35,389 nucleotides of DNA from a virus (IMGVR_UViG_3300033067_000489:1-35389), one strand, 5' to 3'; numbered from the stretch's first letter, positions 1-8,295 are shown. Numbers and translations: made by a program. The notes: generated from the letters alone by a model not told the origin.

Positions 1-783
1 GCCGCCTCTCGCCCCGCGCCGGTCGATAGAGAGGCGGTGGAACGCGCATTGATTGAAACGTTGCCCGGTGTTGGCAAGCCGTCAAATAAATCAGTTCGCG
101 ATATTGCAGTTGATCGTGTCCTCTCCCTTCTCCGCCCAGCCGAGCCGGTTGAGGCCAAGTGGCGTCCGATTGAAACAGCTCCAAAGGAAGACCCTGAGCG
201 CCCCGGCCGCGATTTCGAGATCATCGTCGGTGGCGGCGAGATCAAAGACGAAAGCGCGGACCTTTTGCCTTGGCGTCCTTTCGATAGCTGGTCGCTCGCC
301 TGTTACGATTCAATGCGCGGATGCTGGCGCGGCGAACAGACTGAGCAATACGACTGCTTCTATCTGCACAAGCCCACGCACTGGATGCCGAAGTTCGCTG
401 GGCCGGGACAATGCGAGCCCACCACCTCCGACGCTGTTGGCGAGCCGGTGGCGGCTTCGCCCTATGAAGGCAAGATGATTGTCGATGCCAAGTTGCTGCA
501 CGCACTGTGGTGTTACGGCAATTTACACGTAGTCGAGGGCGTCATCTACAGCCCCGGCTCGCATCAAGAATGCCTTGCACAAGTCAACGCGCTTTTTCGA
601 GAACGTGCCACCCATCCACCTGCCTCGCCCGACACAAGCGCGGCTATCCTTGCGGAGCGGGAAAGGTGTGCGGCGATTGCTGATGAATGGGCAAATAAAA
701 TGGCCCTCAATTATGGGCGAGAAACAGCCAACACTATCGCCGCCGCCATCCGCCAGCTTCCCACGACCGAGCGGGGTGAGTGA
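1..783 (+). CDS. Hypothetical phage protein with DUF551-like motifs, probably 5'-truncated
   Basis: Frame is open from base 1 (track starts it at GTG 37). Contains WRPIETAPK and PTHWMP motifs typical of DUF551-type phage proteins. Confidence 0.6.
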   Translation, partial: AASRPAPVDREAVERALIETLPGVGKPSNKSVRDIAVDRVLSLLRPAEPVEAKWRPIETAPKEDPERPGRDFEIIVGGGEIKDESADLLPWRPFDSWSLACYDSMRGCWRGEQTEQYDCFYLHKPTHWMPKFAGPGQCEPTTSDAVGEPVAASPYEGKMIVDAKLLHALWCYGNLHVVEGVIYSPGSHQECLAQVNALFRERATHPPASPDTSAAILAERERCAAIADEWANKMALNYGRETANTIAAAIRQLPTTERGE

Positions 784-974
784 TGGCACGCAATCAATTT
801 GGCGGTACTTGCTATCGGTGCGGCGGCTGGGTGGCTCCTGGCACCGGCCACTTTGAGCGCCACAATAAAGGTTGGCGTGTCCAGCATGCACTTTATCCGG
901 GGCACGGTCGCGTGATGTGCGCCCAGGTAAAGCGTGAAAAGAACGATCCCAGCGCATCCGAGCCCCGCCAATGA
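783..974 (+). CDS. Small CxxC-containing hypothetical phage protein
   Basis: TGATG coupling to the upstream stop; MARNQFGGTCYRCG; ATGA overlap with the next gene. Confidence 0.65.
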   Translation: MARNQFGGTCYRCGGWVAPGTGHFERHNKGWRVQHALYPGHGRVMCAQVKREKNDPSASEPRQ

Positions 975-1345
975 CTCCCCTCACCCCCGAGATGATCGAG
1001 AGAGCGGCAAGGGCGATACATGATCTGATGGGTCCTTACCTCGGCACGCCCGAGCAGATTGCGAAGCATGGGGACCGCGTCGCAGCGAGACAACTCGAAA
1101 CCGCAGAGAAGTATGCCACGGTCGCCCTCACCGCCGCCCTCTCCTGCCCCGATGGGTTCAGGCTTGTTCCGGTGGAGCCTGACCTTGGGATGTATCGAGC
1201 GCTCACTGCGCGACTGCGGGAAACCGACGCTGGCAAAGATTTCGCCATCAAGTGGTCGCTCGGTTCGTTCCGAGAAGATTACCAAGCCATGCTCGCAGCA
1301 AGTCCCGCGCCTTCCCCGAGCTCTGGCTTGACCCGTTCGCGCTGA
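971..1345 (+). CDS. Hypothetical phage protein
   Basis: ATGA overlap; EMIERAARAI and LVPVEP...YQAMLAASP segments common in small phage proteins. Confidence 0.65.
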   Translation: MTPLTPEMIERAARAIHDLMGPYLGTPEQIAKHGDRVAARQLETAEKYATVALTAALSCPDGFRLVPVEPDLGMYRALTARLRETDAGKDFAIKWSLGSFREDYQAMLAASPAPSPSSGLTRSR

Positions 1346-1503
1346 CGTTCCTGCACCGCTTCTACTATCAGACCCTCGAAAACGATCCTGCCCGCTAACC
1401 GCCCACCAGGCACAGAACCGAATGACGAAGACGTGCCCATGTTGAATAACCCACAGCTCCCCGCTATAGTCCACAAAATCACGCAGACCACAGGTAAACC
1501 CTT

Positions 1504-1935
1504 ATGCCTCCTCTCCAAAACCACCGGCACGAGGCTTTCGCCCAGGCTCTGGCAAAGGGAATGCCGGCAAACCGCGCATACGTTGAAGCAGGGTACGTCT
1601 ATAGCGAGCCTAATGCATCGAAACTTACAAGGAATGCCAAGGTAAAGGCCAGATTGCAGGAATTTATCGACGCCGCAGCCAAAAGAGCGACCGTCACAAG
1701 GGCCTCTTTGATCGAGGAATGCCAGAAAATCTGCGAGTTGGCAGTGCGGGACGGGCAGTATTCGGCGGCGGTTTCCGCGGTGCGTGAAATGGGCGTTTTG
1801 TCTGGGGAACGGGTGGAACGGACTGAGTTTGGGCGTCCCGGAGAGTTTGCGGATATGTCGGATCGGGAACTTGCGCAGGCTTTGATTGAGGAACAGAAGC
1901 GGCTGAAACTGCTGCCGGCGCCGCCGTCCGAATAA
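1504..1935 (+). CDS. terS: Terminase small subunit
   Basis: N-terminal HTH signature RHEAFAQALAKG...AYVEAGY...NASKL...VKARLQE followed by a helical oligomerisation region; upstream of terL. Confidence 0.8.
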   Translation: MPPLQNHRHEAFAQALAKGMPANRAYVEAGYVYSEPNASKLTRNAKVKARLQEFIDAAAKRATVTRASLIEECQKICELAVRDGQYSAAVSAVREMGVLSGERVERTEFGRPGEFADMSDRELAQALIEEQKRLKLLPAPPSE

Positions 1936-1937
1936 AA

Positions 1938-1997
1938 GTGCAATTGCACCAAAATAGTTGTTGTGCATCCCGAATTGTTGTGCAATGAATAATGCAC
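1938..1997. promoter_or_regulatory. Putative operator/promoter region with GTGCA/TGCAC half-sites
   Basis: Perfect palindrome GTGCAATTGCAC (1938-1949), direct repeat TTGTTGTGCA (1958-1967, 1975-1984) and GTGCA-N8-TGCAC (1980-1997) in an AT-rich intergenic gap. Confidence 0.5.
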
Positions 1998-2015
1998 ACG
2001 AAACGGAGCAAGCAA

Positions 2016-2291
2016 ATGATTCAGATAGTCGCCGTGCCGCCCAAGGTGATGAACCCCACAATGTTTTTGCAGATTGGCCGCAGGCGCTACGAAGTCGCGT
2101 CTTTCCGTGACGCATCTGAGATGTTCTGCGCAGCGCGGGATAAATCTGGGTTCGGCGCTTCGCAAATGCCGATTGTTGCGGTTGTAACGGACAGCGGACG
2201 CGAGTTGGCTCGCGTCTCGTACAACGGGCGAGTTTGGGCGGCCGGTGGTTACCGGCCCGATGCGGTGCCGCTTTATGACAACCGCGCATAA
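2016..2291 (+). CDS. Hypothetical phage protein
   Basis: GGAG RBS before ATG 2016; ARVSYNGRVW motif recurrent in small phage proteins. Confidence 0.65.
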   Translation: MIQIVAVPPKVMNPTMFLQIGRRRYEVASFRDASEMFCAARDKSGFGASQMPIVAVVTDSGRELARVSYNGRVWAAGGYRPDAVPLYDNRA

Positions 2292-2318
2292 CAACACAAC
2301 GCATCGGGGAGAATTCAA

Positions 2319-2531
2319 GTGAACCTGTTCCGGCAAACCTCAGATCGCAGTCTGGATCGCAAATATCTTCGGGTGTGTTCAGTCTATCGGCTTCTCAAGA
2401 AGGGTAAGGTCGACAAGGCCCGCGCAATCGAGCTGCTGGCCCTTCGCCATTCACCGAATGAGATGGCGACGCTGCGCGGAACGGTTGACCTCTGGTTGGC
2501 GGGGCCTCTGCGGGACCGGATGGTCGTATGA
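2319..2531 (+). CDS. Hypothetical protein
   Basis: GGGGAG RBS before GTG; ATGA overlap with the next ORF. Confidence 0.55.
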   Translation: MNLFRQTSDRSLDRKYLRVCSVYRLLKKGKVDKARAIELLALRHSPNEMATLRGTVDLWLAGPLRDRMVV

Positions 2532-2785
2532 TGCCCGGCCCCACAATGCAGGTTTTTGCCAAGACACGGACGGGCGGCCATATCGGTGTAATTGGCCGCA
2601 CGAAGATCCGGACGGATTATGTCTGTCCGCCGATCCCGGTGCGCGACATGGATTGGCAGGCGGTCCGGGACGACGATGAACCGAACGATGATGGCTACAT
2701 GCGCCACGTCGGGCATGGTCGCACTGAACAAGCGGCGATCGACGATCTGCTGGAATCGCTAGAGGCTTGGGATGTCGAAGTCTGA
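2528..2785 (+). CDS. Hypothetical phage protein
   Basis: ATGA coupling; PPIPVRDMDWQA...GHGRTEQAAIDDL pattern. Confidence 0.6.
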   Translation: MMPGPTMQVFAKTRTGGHIGVIGRTKIRTDYVCPPIPVRDMDWQAVRDDDEPNDDGYMRHVGHGRTEQAAIDDLLESLEAWDVEV

Positions 2786-3224
2786 CGGGCGGTGCAAGGA
2801 ATGCGGGGTGATCCTTGCCTTGGTCGGCGGGCGGCATCGGTGCATACCTGGCGCAGCGCAGGCTCTTGCGGATGCAAGAGGGCGGGAAGCGCAGGGAAAT
2901 AAGCGGGTGGTGCGCGATGATCGCGCGGCCCGAAAGAGTTCCGCAGGCGGCGTGGGAAGCAGACACGCAAAGGCTGGAAATAAGGCCGGTTCGATTCCGG
3001 AGGAAGCAAGGTGTTCATCCGCTCCCAGGCTCGTGCGGGTGATCGTGCAGGGGGCGGCCATACAGCCCTGCGCCGGAGTAGCGCCCGGCCCTGCGGAAGC
3101 CAAACGAAAGGTCGGTCGGCCTCGATCGGCCAAGTCCCTTGATGCGGTGAAGCCTTGGGAAGCCGAAGGTGTGTCGCGCCGGACCTGGTACTATCGCCGT
3201 CAGGCTGAGAAGCGGGGCAAGTGA
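2772..3224 (+). CDS. Putative DNA-binding protein (N-terminal CxxC...HxC, C-terminal HTH)
   Basis: GAGG RBS; CKECG...HRC; C-terminal GRPR...KPWEAEGVSRRTWYYRR HTH-like motif. Confidence 0.55.
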   Translation: MSKSDGRCKECGVILALVGGRHRCIPGAAQALADARGREAQGNKRVVRDDRAARKSSAGGVGSRHAKAGNKAGSIPEEARCSSAPRLVRVIVQGAAIQPCAGVAPGPAEAKRKVGRPRSAKSLDAVKPWEAEGVSRRTWYYRRQAEKRGK

Positions 3225-3511
3225 TGGGCCGATCGGCTTACATTCGTGACCGGCGTGAGAAGTTGTTCCACGAACAGGGCGGCCTTTGCCACTGGTGCAA
3301 ATGCCAGATGGTGATTGATCCTGAGAGTTACGCTCGCGGCGGACAATTGCCGCGCAACACCTGTACGCTGGATCATTTGGTGCATCGCATGGACCCACGC
3401 CGGATGTATCCGGCCGGCGGCGAGAAACGATATGTCGCCGCATGTTCGGGGTGCAATGAGGCCAGAGGATCGGCCGATAAGAGGTTCTTTCGATCAAAGA
3501 AAGGTAAGTGA
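3221..3511 (+). CDS. Small Zn-binding HNH endonuclease-like protein
   Basis: QGGLCHWC...TLDHL...VAACSGCNEARG (CxxC-DH-CxxCN pattern). Confidence 0.7.
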   Translation: MMGRSAYIRDRREKLFHEQGGLCHWCKCQMVIDPESYARGGQLPRNTCTLDHLVHRMDPRRMYPAGGEKRYVAACSGCNEARGSADKRFFRSKKGK

Positions 3512-3576
3512 TGCTGGTAATCCCGTGCGCCCCGTTTTGGGAACGGAAGCCTTTAACCAAGCGAGGAAATGAGACG

Positions 3577-3942
3577 ATGGCCGACAAGCTCGATCTAACC
3601 AAACCCGTGCAGACGCGAGACGGCAGGCCGGTGAGGATATTGTGCGTGGATCGGAAGGGCAGCTTGCCGGTTGTTGGGTTGGTGCCAGACCGTAAAAACG
3701 GGGTTGAGTGGCCCCATTGTTGGACCGCAGATGGCCATCATGGGCATTCGCTTATGTCCGACGAGCGCGGTCACGACCTTATCAACGTCCCGCCCAAGCC
3801 GGTGAAGTATTACGCGCATGTGTATCGGCGTCCGAATGGTTGCGTATGGATCGGCAATTGCGGGGCTGATGACGGCAAGCGTGTTCCGCCGTCATGTGAT
3901 GGGCGATCCGAGTTCGTCAAAACCATCGAGTTCGAGGCGTAG
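3577..3942 (+). CDS. Hypothetical phage protein
   Basis: GAGG RBS before ATG 3577; KPVQTRDGRPVRILCVDR...PVVGLV motif common in phages. Confidence 0.7.
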   Translation: MADKLDLTKPVQTRDGRPVRILCVDRKGSLPVVGLVPDRKNGVEWPHCWTADGHHGHSLMSDERGHDLINVPPKPVKYYAHVYRRPNGCVWIGNCGADDGKRVPPSCDGRSEFVKTIEFEA

Positions 3943-3948
3943 CCGATG

Positions 3949-3979
3949 AAAAAGGCCGCCGACGGGGCGTCGGCGGCCT
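3949..3979 (-). terminator. Intrinsic terminator hairpin, U-tract on the minus strand
   Basis: AGGCCGCCGACG-GGG-CGTCGGCGGCCT perfect 12-bp stem with an A5 run on its left side on the + strand. Confidence 0.65.
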
Positions 3980-4058
3980 AGATCAGCCTCGTTAAGGGGC
4001 AACTCCCGCGGGGGACGGGTTCTCCCTCAACAACCTTAAGCAGGGGAATGTTCCTCAA

Positions 4059-4562
4059 ATGTGGACCGATGAACTAACGCAGAAGGCGGCGACGGCGTAC
4101 CAGGCCGGGATGTCGGCAAGTGATGTGGCGCGGATGCTTGTTGACGAGGGGTATCCCGTCACGCGCAACGCCGTAATAGGCAGGTTATCCCGGACGGGGA
4201 TGGACGATCCGACAATGCGGGCTCATATTCCGCAGGGCGGGCGTCGGCTATCGATCTCCGATGTCGCTCCATTGCGGCCGGCACGGCTAGAGGGGCACAT
4301 GAACGGGGCTGTCGGGTTCAAGGCGATTCATGCGATCAAGGCCCTCGCCAAGGGCAGGAAGGATCCGGTGGATGATCTTCCGGCCGAGCGGCCAGTGTGT
4401 GACGGGGCGCTGCATCTGTCGGTGACGGACCTCGGTATTGATACCTGTCACTGGCCCCACGGGGATGGCCCGTTCACGTTCTGCGGTCTGCCGGTGTCGC
4501 AAGGCAAGCCGTATTGCCCCCACCACTGCGGCATCGCATATCAGCCGCAGGAGAGGCGATGA
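4059..4562 (+). CDS. gcrA: GcrA family cell-cycle regulator homologue
   Basis: MWTDE...GMSASDVA...VTRNAVIGRLSR N-terminus and TCHWPHGD...FTFCG...PYCPHH...AYQP C-terminus match the GcrA family. Confidence 0.9.
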   Translation: MWTDELTQKAATAYQAGMSASDVARMLVDEGYPVTRNAVIGRLSRTGMDDPTMRAHIPQGGRRLSISDVAPLRPARLEGHMNGAVGFKAIHAIKALAKGRKDPVDDLPAERPVCDGALHLSVTDLGIDTCHWPHGDGPFTFCGLPVSQGKPYCPHHCGIAYQPQERR

Positions 4563-4768
4563 TGGACGACTTCGCCCGCGGCATGAAGGAAGGTATCGCG
4601 TGGTCGGTTGCGTGGCTGCACAAGCGAGCAGACTGGATGAATGATCCACTGGCCAAGGCAGTCCTGAACGGGGCGGCATTCAACCTCGGGCAGGAAAAGA
4701 CAAAAATGCAGATCGTCGGCCATCCTGCGCCCGATCAATCCGCTGCCAAGCAGGACGGGTGCACATGA
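4559..4768 (+). CDS. Hypothetical protein
   Basis: GGAGAGG RBS; ATGA overlaps at both ends. Confidence 0.6.
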   Translation: MMDDFARGMKEGIAWSVAWLHKRADWMNDPLAKAVLNGAAFNLGQEKTKMQIVGHPAPDQSAAKQDGCT

Positions 4769-5223
4769 GTATTTTGAGTGTTGCGCGTCAGATAGCCGAT
4801 AGCCGGTCGCCCGATTTTGTTATTGGCGGGACCGACGCACCCTACATGCGCAGGTGGTGGGTTATCCCTCGCAATAGGTTCTTCAACATCTATTTGCATC
4901 ATTTCCTGCGGTCCGATGACGACCGCGCGTTGCACGATCATCCATGGTGGAACTTGTCGTGGTTGCTTGATGGAGAATACACCGAATGGACAATTGCGCC
5001 CGGCGGCGTTCATAAGTCCGTAGTAAGGCGAGCGGGACAGTTTAAGTTGCGAGGGGCTAAGACTGCGCATCGCATCGAACTGCACAATGGTCCATGCTGG
5101 ACTCTGTTCATCACTGGGCCGTCTATTCGAGAGTGGGGCTTTCATTGCCCGAAAGGGTGGCGCCCATGGCAGCAATTCGTCGATGATCGCGATAAGGGGT
5201 CTATTGGTCGCGGGTGTGACTGA
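4765..5223 (+). CDS. Cupin-like putative metal-binding phage protein
   Basis: YLHHFLRSDDDRALHDHPW...LLDGEYTE...HRIEL...WTLFITGP...WGF; HDH plus distal H pattern of cupins. Confidence 0.65.
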   Translation: MSILSVARQIADSRSPDFVIGGTDAPYMRRWWVIPRNRFFNIYLHHFLRSDDDRALHDHPWWNLSWLLDGEYTEWTIAPGGVHKSVVRRAGQFKLRGAKTAHRIELHNGPCWTLFITGPSIREWGFHCPKGWRPWQQFVDDRDKGSIGRGCD

Positions 5224-7989
5224 ATGAACGCCAATCCTCCACGCGAACAGCTAGAACGGGCCATGCGGCTGGCGCAGGAAATGCGCCGGCGCAAGCAGCG
5301 GGCGCTGCATGCATCTCGGGGGTGGATCGACGAAAACGGCGTCCTACAGGGCGGACTGATGCAGTTCACCCGCGATATGTGGCACACCGTCGAGCCTGAC
5401 ACTGAATTGGTCGAAGGGTGGGCGCTCTACGCTGTCGTGCAGCATCTTGAAGCTGTGACGTTCGGTGAAATACGACGCCTGCTTATCAACGTGCCCCCTG
5501 GATTTATGAAGTCGCTCCTAACGTGCGTATTCTGGCCCGCGTGGGAATGGGGGCCGATGAACAGGCGCGGCACGCGATATGTCACGTTTGCTTATTCGGC
5601 TGGCCTTACGGAGCGCGATAACGGGCGGTTCCGAGATGTGATCTCGCATGCAGATTACCGCCAGCTTTATCCGAAAGTGGTCCCACTCAAGGTAGGCGAG
5701 CGCGAAGTCTCAAACACCGGCAGAGGATGGAAGCGGGCATCATCCGTCACTGGTTCAACAACGGGTTGGCGCGGTCATCGGGTGGTGTGTTTTCCTCGTC
5801 ATGAGACGATCCAGACGGAATATGGCCCGCGCACTATCGGCGACTTAGTGGATGAGGGCAGGCCCGTCCGCGTATGGTCTTACAACGAAACGATGGGCGC
5901 AATGGAGTTGCGCCCGGTCTCTCGGTTCATGAAAAACCCTGGGTCGCCTGTTTTGAAGGTGACGACGCAGGATGGGACATCGTTTGAGTGTACCCCGAAC
6001 CATGAAATCAGGACTGCACGCGGCTATGTGCGGGCGGATCAACTACGATCCACTGATAAGCTTTTTGCCGCGCCGCGCGGGATGTTCGTCTCCGCGCCTA
6101 CGGTAAGAAGGAAGCAGGTCAAGGTTGAGGTGCTTCCATATCCGTCGATTTCGTATTCCCGAGATAGTTTGGTGGCTCACACCAAACTCAGCGGCCAACT
6201 CTTTGGCGGTTTCCGTGTGGCGTGCCGCAATTTGGCGGACCAAATCCTCAGTAAGGTGCATGGCTCCATTTTTGAACGTGCCGTGTCGTTTACTGTCGGC
6301 GATGTTCTGAGCCCGGGTGCCATATTCGAGATTATCCAGCGACGGGTCCGATCTGTCGCCGTTTTTGTGTCTGACTTCCTGTCCTGTGGGGCACGGTCCA
6401 ACGAATGCGCTCATAACGAGCTGATGCAGAAATCGGTAATGGGTTTTGCCGCCCTGTCGCAGCGTGATTCGAGGGTATCCCTTGTTCATGCGTGGGGTGG
6501 CATATCCGCCCGGAACGACGACATGGCCTTTCCCGCGCGTTACAGTGCGAGGAACACTCCATACGCGGCCGGTCTTGGAGATAAGGTAGTGGTCAAATCC
6601 GGGGATTGTGCGCCACGTCTCGTTGGGGTCCGGTCGGTTGAGTTTTCGCACCATGCTCCATCCACTTTTTGTTTGACTGTCGAAGGCAATCATAACCTTG
6701 TGGTTGGTCGGGTAGCAAATATCATTTGCTCCAACTGTGATGACCCCCACAATGTTAAGGATGTGGAATCCGAAGATGTTCGAGACAGTACCGTGCGGTG
6801 GTTTCGAGAATCCATGTCGAGCCGTCTCAATGACGTGAAAACATCCGCCATCGTGGTCATCATGCAGCGCGTCCACGAATACGATGTATCCGGCATGATC
6901 TTGGCTGAGAGCTTCGATTATGTGCATCTCCAAATCCCGATGCATTACGACTGGACGCGGCATTGCGTTACGGAAATTGGGTGGCAAGACCCACGCGGCC
7001 TAGACGACGATGGCGAGCCGCTGGTGGTGATCGACGAGGAAACGGGGGAGCGGTCCCCGCGGGATGACGATGCCGCTGTTTTGCTCGAGGAGGAGCGCGA
7101 CGGCGAATTGGCATGGCCGGAGCGTTTCCCGCCTGAATACCTGCCGCAGATGATGGCCGAGATAGGCCCATATGCTGTGGCCGGCCAGTTGCAGCAGGCG
7201 CCGACGCCGCGCGGTGGCGGCATTTTCCAGCGTGCATGGTGGCAACCGTGGGAGACGGACAGTTACCCAGAATTCTCGTTCATCCTGGCGTCACTGGATA
7301 CGGCGTTCACTGAGAAGGAGCAGAACGATCCGAGTGCGTTGACGGTGTGGGGCGTGTTCGATGGTCCGGACGGAATGCCCAAGACGATGCTGATCGACGC
7401 ATGGCGCAAGCGGCTGGAAATGCATGGTTCGCTGCCGTTGCAGATGTTCGGGGAAAAGGACGTCCGCGGCCAGCCGAACCGTGAGTATTTGGCGCGGTGC
7501 GAAATGGTGCTGCCGCGCCAGCCGCGGGAGTCCGATCTCGCCTATTATGCGAGGGTCAAGGATGCGTGGGGCCTGGTGGAGTGGGTGGCTTATACGTGCC
7601 GCCGCATGCGAGTGAACCGGCTGATTATCGAAAACAAGACGGGTGGGATTACTGCGGCGCAGGAGTTGCAGCGTATCCACGGCATGGAAGGCTATGGGAT
7701 CGAGTTGCATACCCCGCATGGGGACAAGGTTGCCCGTGCATTGGCGGTGCAGCCGATCTTCTCGCAGGGGATGGTATTCGCGCCGCCGTACGAGTTCGCT
7801 GAGACAGTGATCCAGGAAATGGAGAACTTCCCGCGCGGCCGGTACAAGGATTTGACAGACAGTTCTACGCAGGCGGTGAAGTGGCTGCGGGACAACGGAT
7901 TCGCGGATCGGCCGGAGGAATTGCGGTTTCAGGAAGATCAGCGCCGCCAACTGCGCCGTGCGTCCAAGCCGCTGTATGGGGTTAGGTAG
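5224..7989 (+). CDS. terL: Terminase large subunit, intein-containing (921 aa precursor, about 605 aa spliced)
   Basis: Walker A RLLINVPPGFMKS; Walker B GHRVV|CDDPH split by the intein; motif III VIMQRVH; nuclease motifs SLDTA, IENKTGG, GDKVARA, FPRGRYKDLTDS. Confidence 0.95.
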   Translation: MNANPPREQLERAMRLAQEMRRRKQRALHASRGWIDENGVLQGGLMQFTRDMWHTVEPDTELVEGWALYAVVQHLEAVTFGEIRRLLINVPPGFMKSLLTCVFWPAWEWGPMNRRGTRYVTFAYSAGLTERDNGRFRDVISHADYRQLYPKVVPLKVGEREVSNTGRGWKRASSVTGSTTGWRGHRVVCFPRHETIQTEYGPRTIGDLVDEGRPVRVWSYNETMGAMELRPVSRFMKNPGSPVLKVTTQDGTSFECTPNHEIRTARGYVRADQLRSTDKLFAAPRGMFVSAPTVRRKQVKVEVLPYPSISYSRDSLVAHTKLSGQLFGGFRVACRNLADQILSKVHGSIFERAVSFTVGDVLSPGAIFEIIQRRVRSVAVFVSDFLSCGARSNECAHNELMQKSVMGFAALSQRDSRVSLVHAWGGISARNDDMAFPARYSARNTPYAAGLGDKVVVKSGDCAPRLVGVRSVEFSHHAPSTFCLTVEGNHNLVVGRVANIICSNCDDPHNVKDVESEDVRDSTVRWFRESMSSRLNDVKTSAIVVIMQRVHEYDVSGMILAESFDYVHLQIPMHYDWTRHCVTEIGWQDPRGLDDDGEPLVVIDEETGERSPRDDDAAVLLEEERDGELAWPERFPPEYLPQMMAEIGPYAVAGQLQQAPTPRGGGIFQRAWWQPWETDSYPEFSFILASLDTAFTEKEQNDPSALTVWGVFDGPDGMPKTMLIDAWRKRLEMHGSLPLQMFGEKDVRGQPNREYLARCEMVLPRQPRESDLAYYARVKDAWGLVEWVAYTCRRMRVNRLIIENKTGGITAAQELQRIHGMEGYGIELHTPHGDKVARALAVQPIFSQGMVFAPPYEFAETVIQEMENFPRGRYKDLTDSSTQAVKWLRDNGFADRPEELRFQEDQRRQLRRASKPLYGVR
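5788..6735 (+). mobile_element. Intein (316 aa, TerL residues 189-504) in the Walker B motif
   Basis: Block A CFPRHETIQT, block B FECTPNHEI (TxxH), block F TFCLTVEGNHNLVV, block G IICSN followed by +1 Cys. Removal restores GHRVVCDDPHN. Confidence 0.92.
6043..6654 (-). CDS. NUMOD4-HNH homing endonuclease with C-terminal HTH, antisense within the intein (203 aa)
   Basis: ETWRTIPGFDHYLISKTGRVWS (NUMOD4), KGYPRITL, HQLVMSAF...VRHKNGDRSDPSLDNLEYGTRAQN (HNH), KELAAEFGVSHQTISGIRNRRIWKH (HTH). Purine-rich AAGTGGATGGAG precedes ATG 6654. Confidence 0.9.
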   Translation of the reverse strand: MVRKLNRPDPNETWRTIPGFDHYLISKTGRVWSVPRTVTRGKGHVVVPGGYATPRMNKGYPRITLRQGGKTHYRFLHQLVMSAFVGPCPTGQEVRHKNGDRSDPSLDNLEYGTRAQNIADSKRHGTFKNGAMHLTEDLVRQIAARHTETAKELAAEFGVSHQTISGIRNRRIWKHLNLDLLPSYRRRGDEHPARRGKKLISGS

Positions 7990-8106
7990 CCCAGTTGTCA
8001 AATCAGTTTTGACGGGTTATGGATTGCTTGCCTCCCAGGCCCAGCCAACAGGACCGGCCAGCGAGTTGCGTTAGTTCTGGCCGGTCCCCACCATGGATAA
8101 GCGACG

Positions 8107-8295
8107 ATGGATCCGGAATACATCAAACGAATGTGGGAGCATCAGGATCGGGTTGCATCCCATCGTCAGTACGCGCGCCAGCAAGCGTATGACTACGCTC
8201 AGTATGCCCAACGCCAGCATGAGGCGCGGATGGCCGCGCCGCGGCAGGAGTTCGATATTGAGCTGGTGCGCCAGCCGGACGGCTCGTATCGATGA
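8107..8295 (+). CDS. Small hypothetical protein
   Basis: Gln/Tyr/Ala-rich helical ORF; ATGA-coupled to the next gene. Confidence 0.5.
   Translation: MDPEYIKRMWEHQDRVASHRQYARQQAYDYAQYAQRQHEARMAAPRQEFDIELVRQPDGSYR

Noticed and set aside
6655-6987. N-terminal 111 aa of the track's 314-aa minus ORF
   Set aside because: In-register shadow of the intein end and TerL C-extein. NUMOD4 normally lies at the N-terminus, and ATG 6654 has a purine-rich upstream sequence.
7997-8013. GTCAAA-N5-TTTGAC inverted repeat after terL
   Set aside because: Only 6-bp arms, spacing differs from the 17604-17636 repeat, and no matching -10 box.
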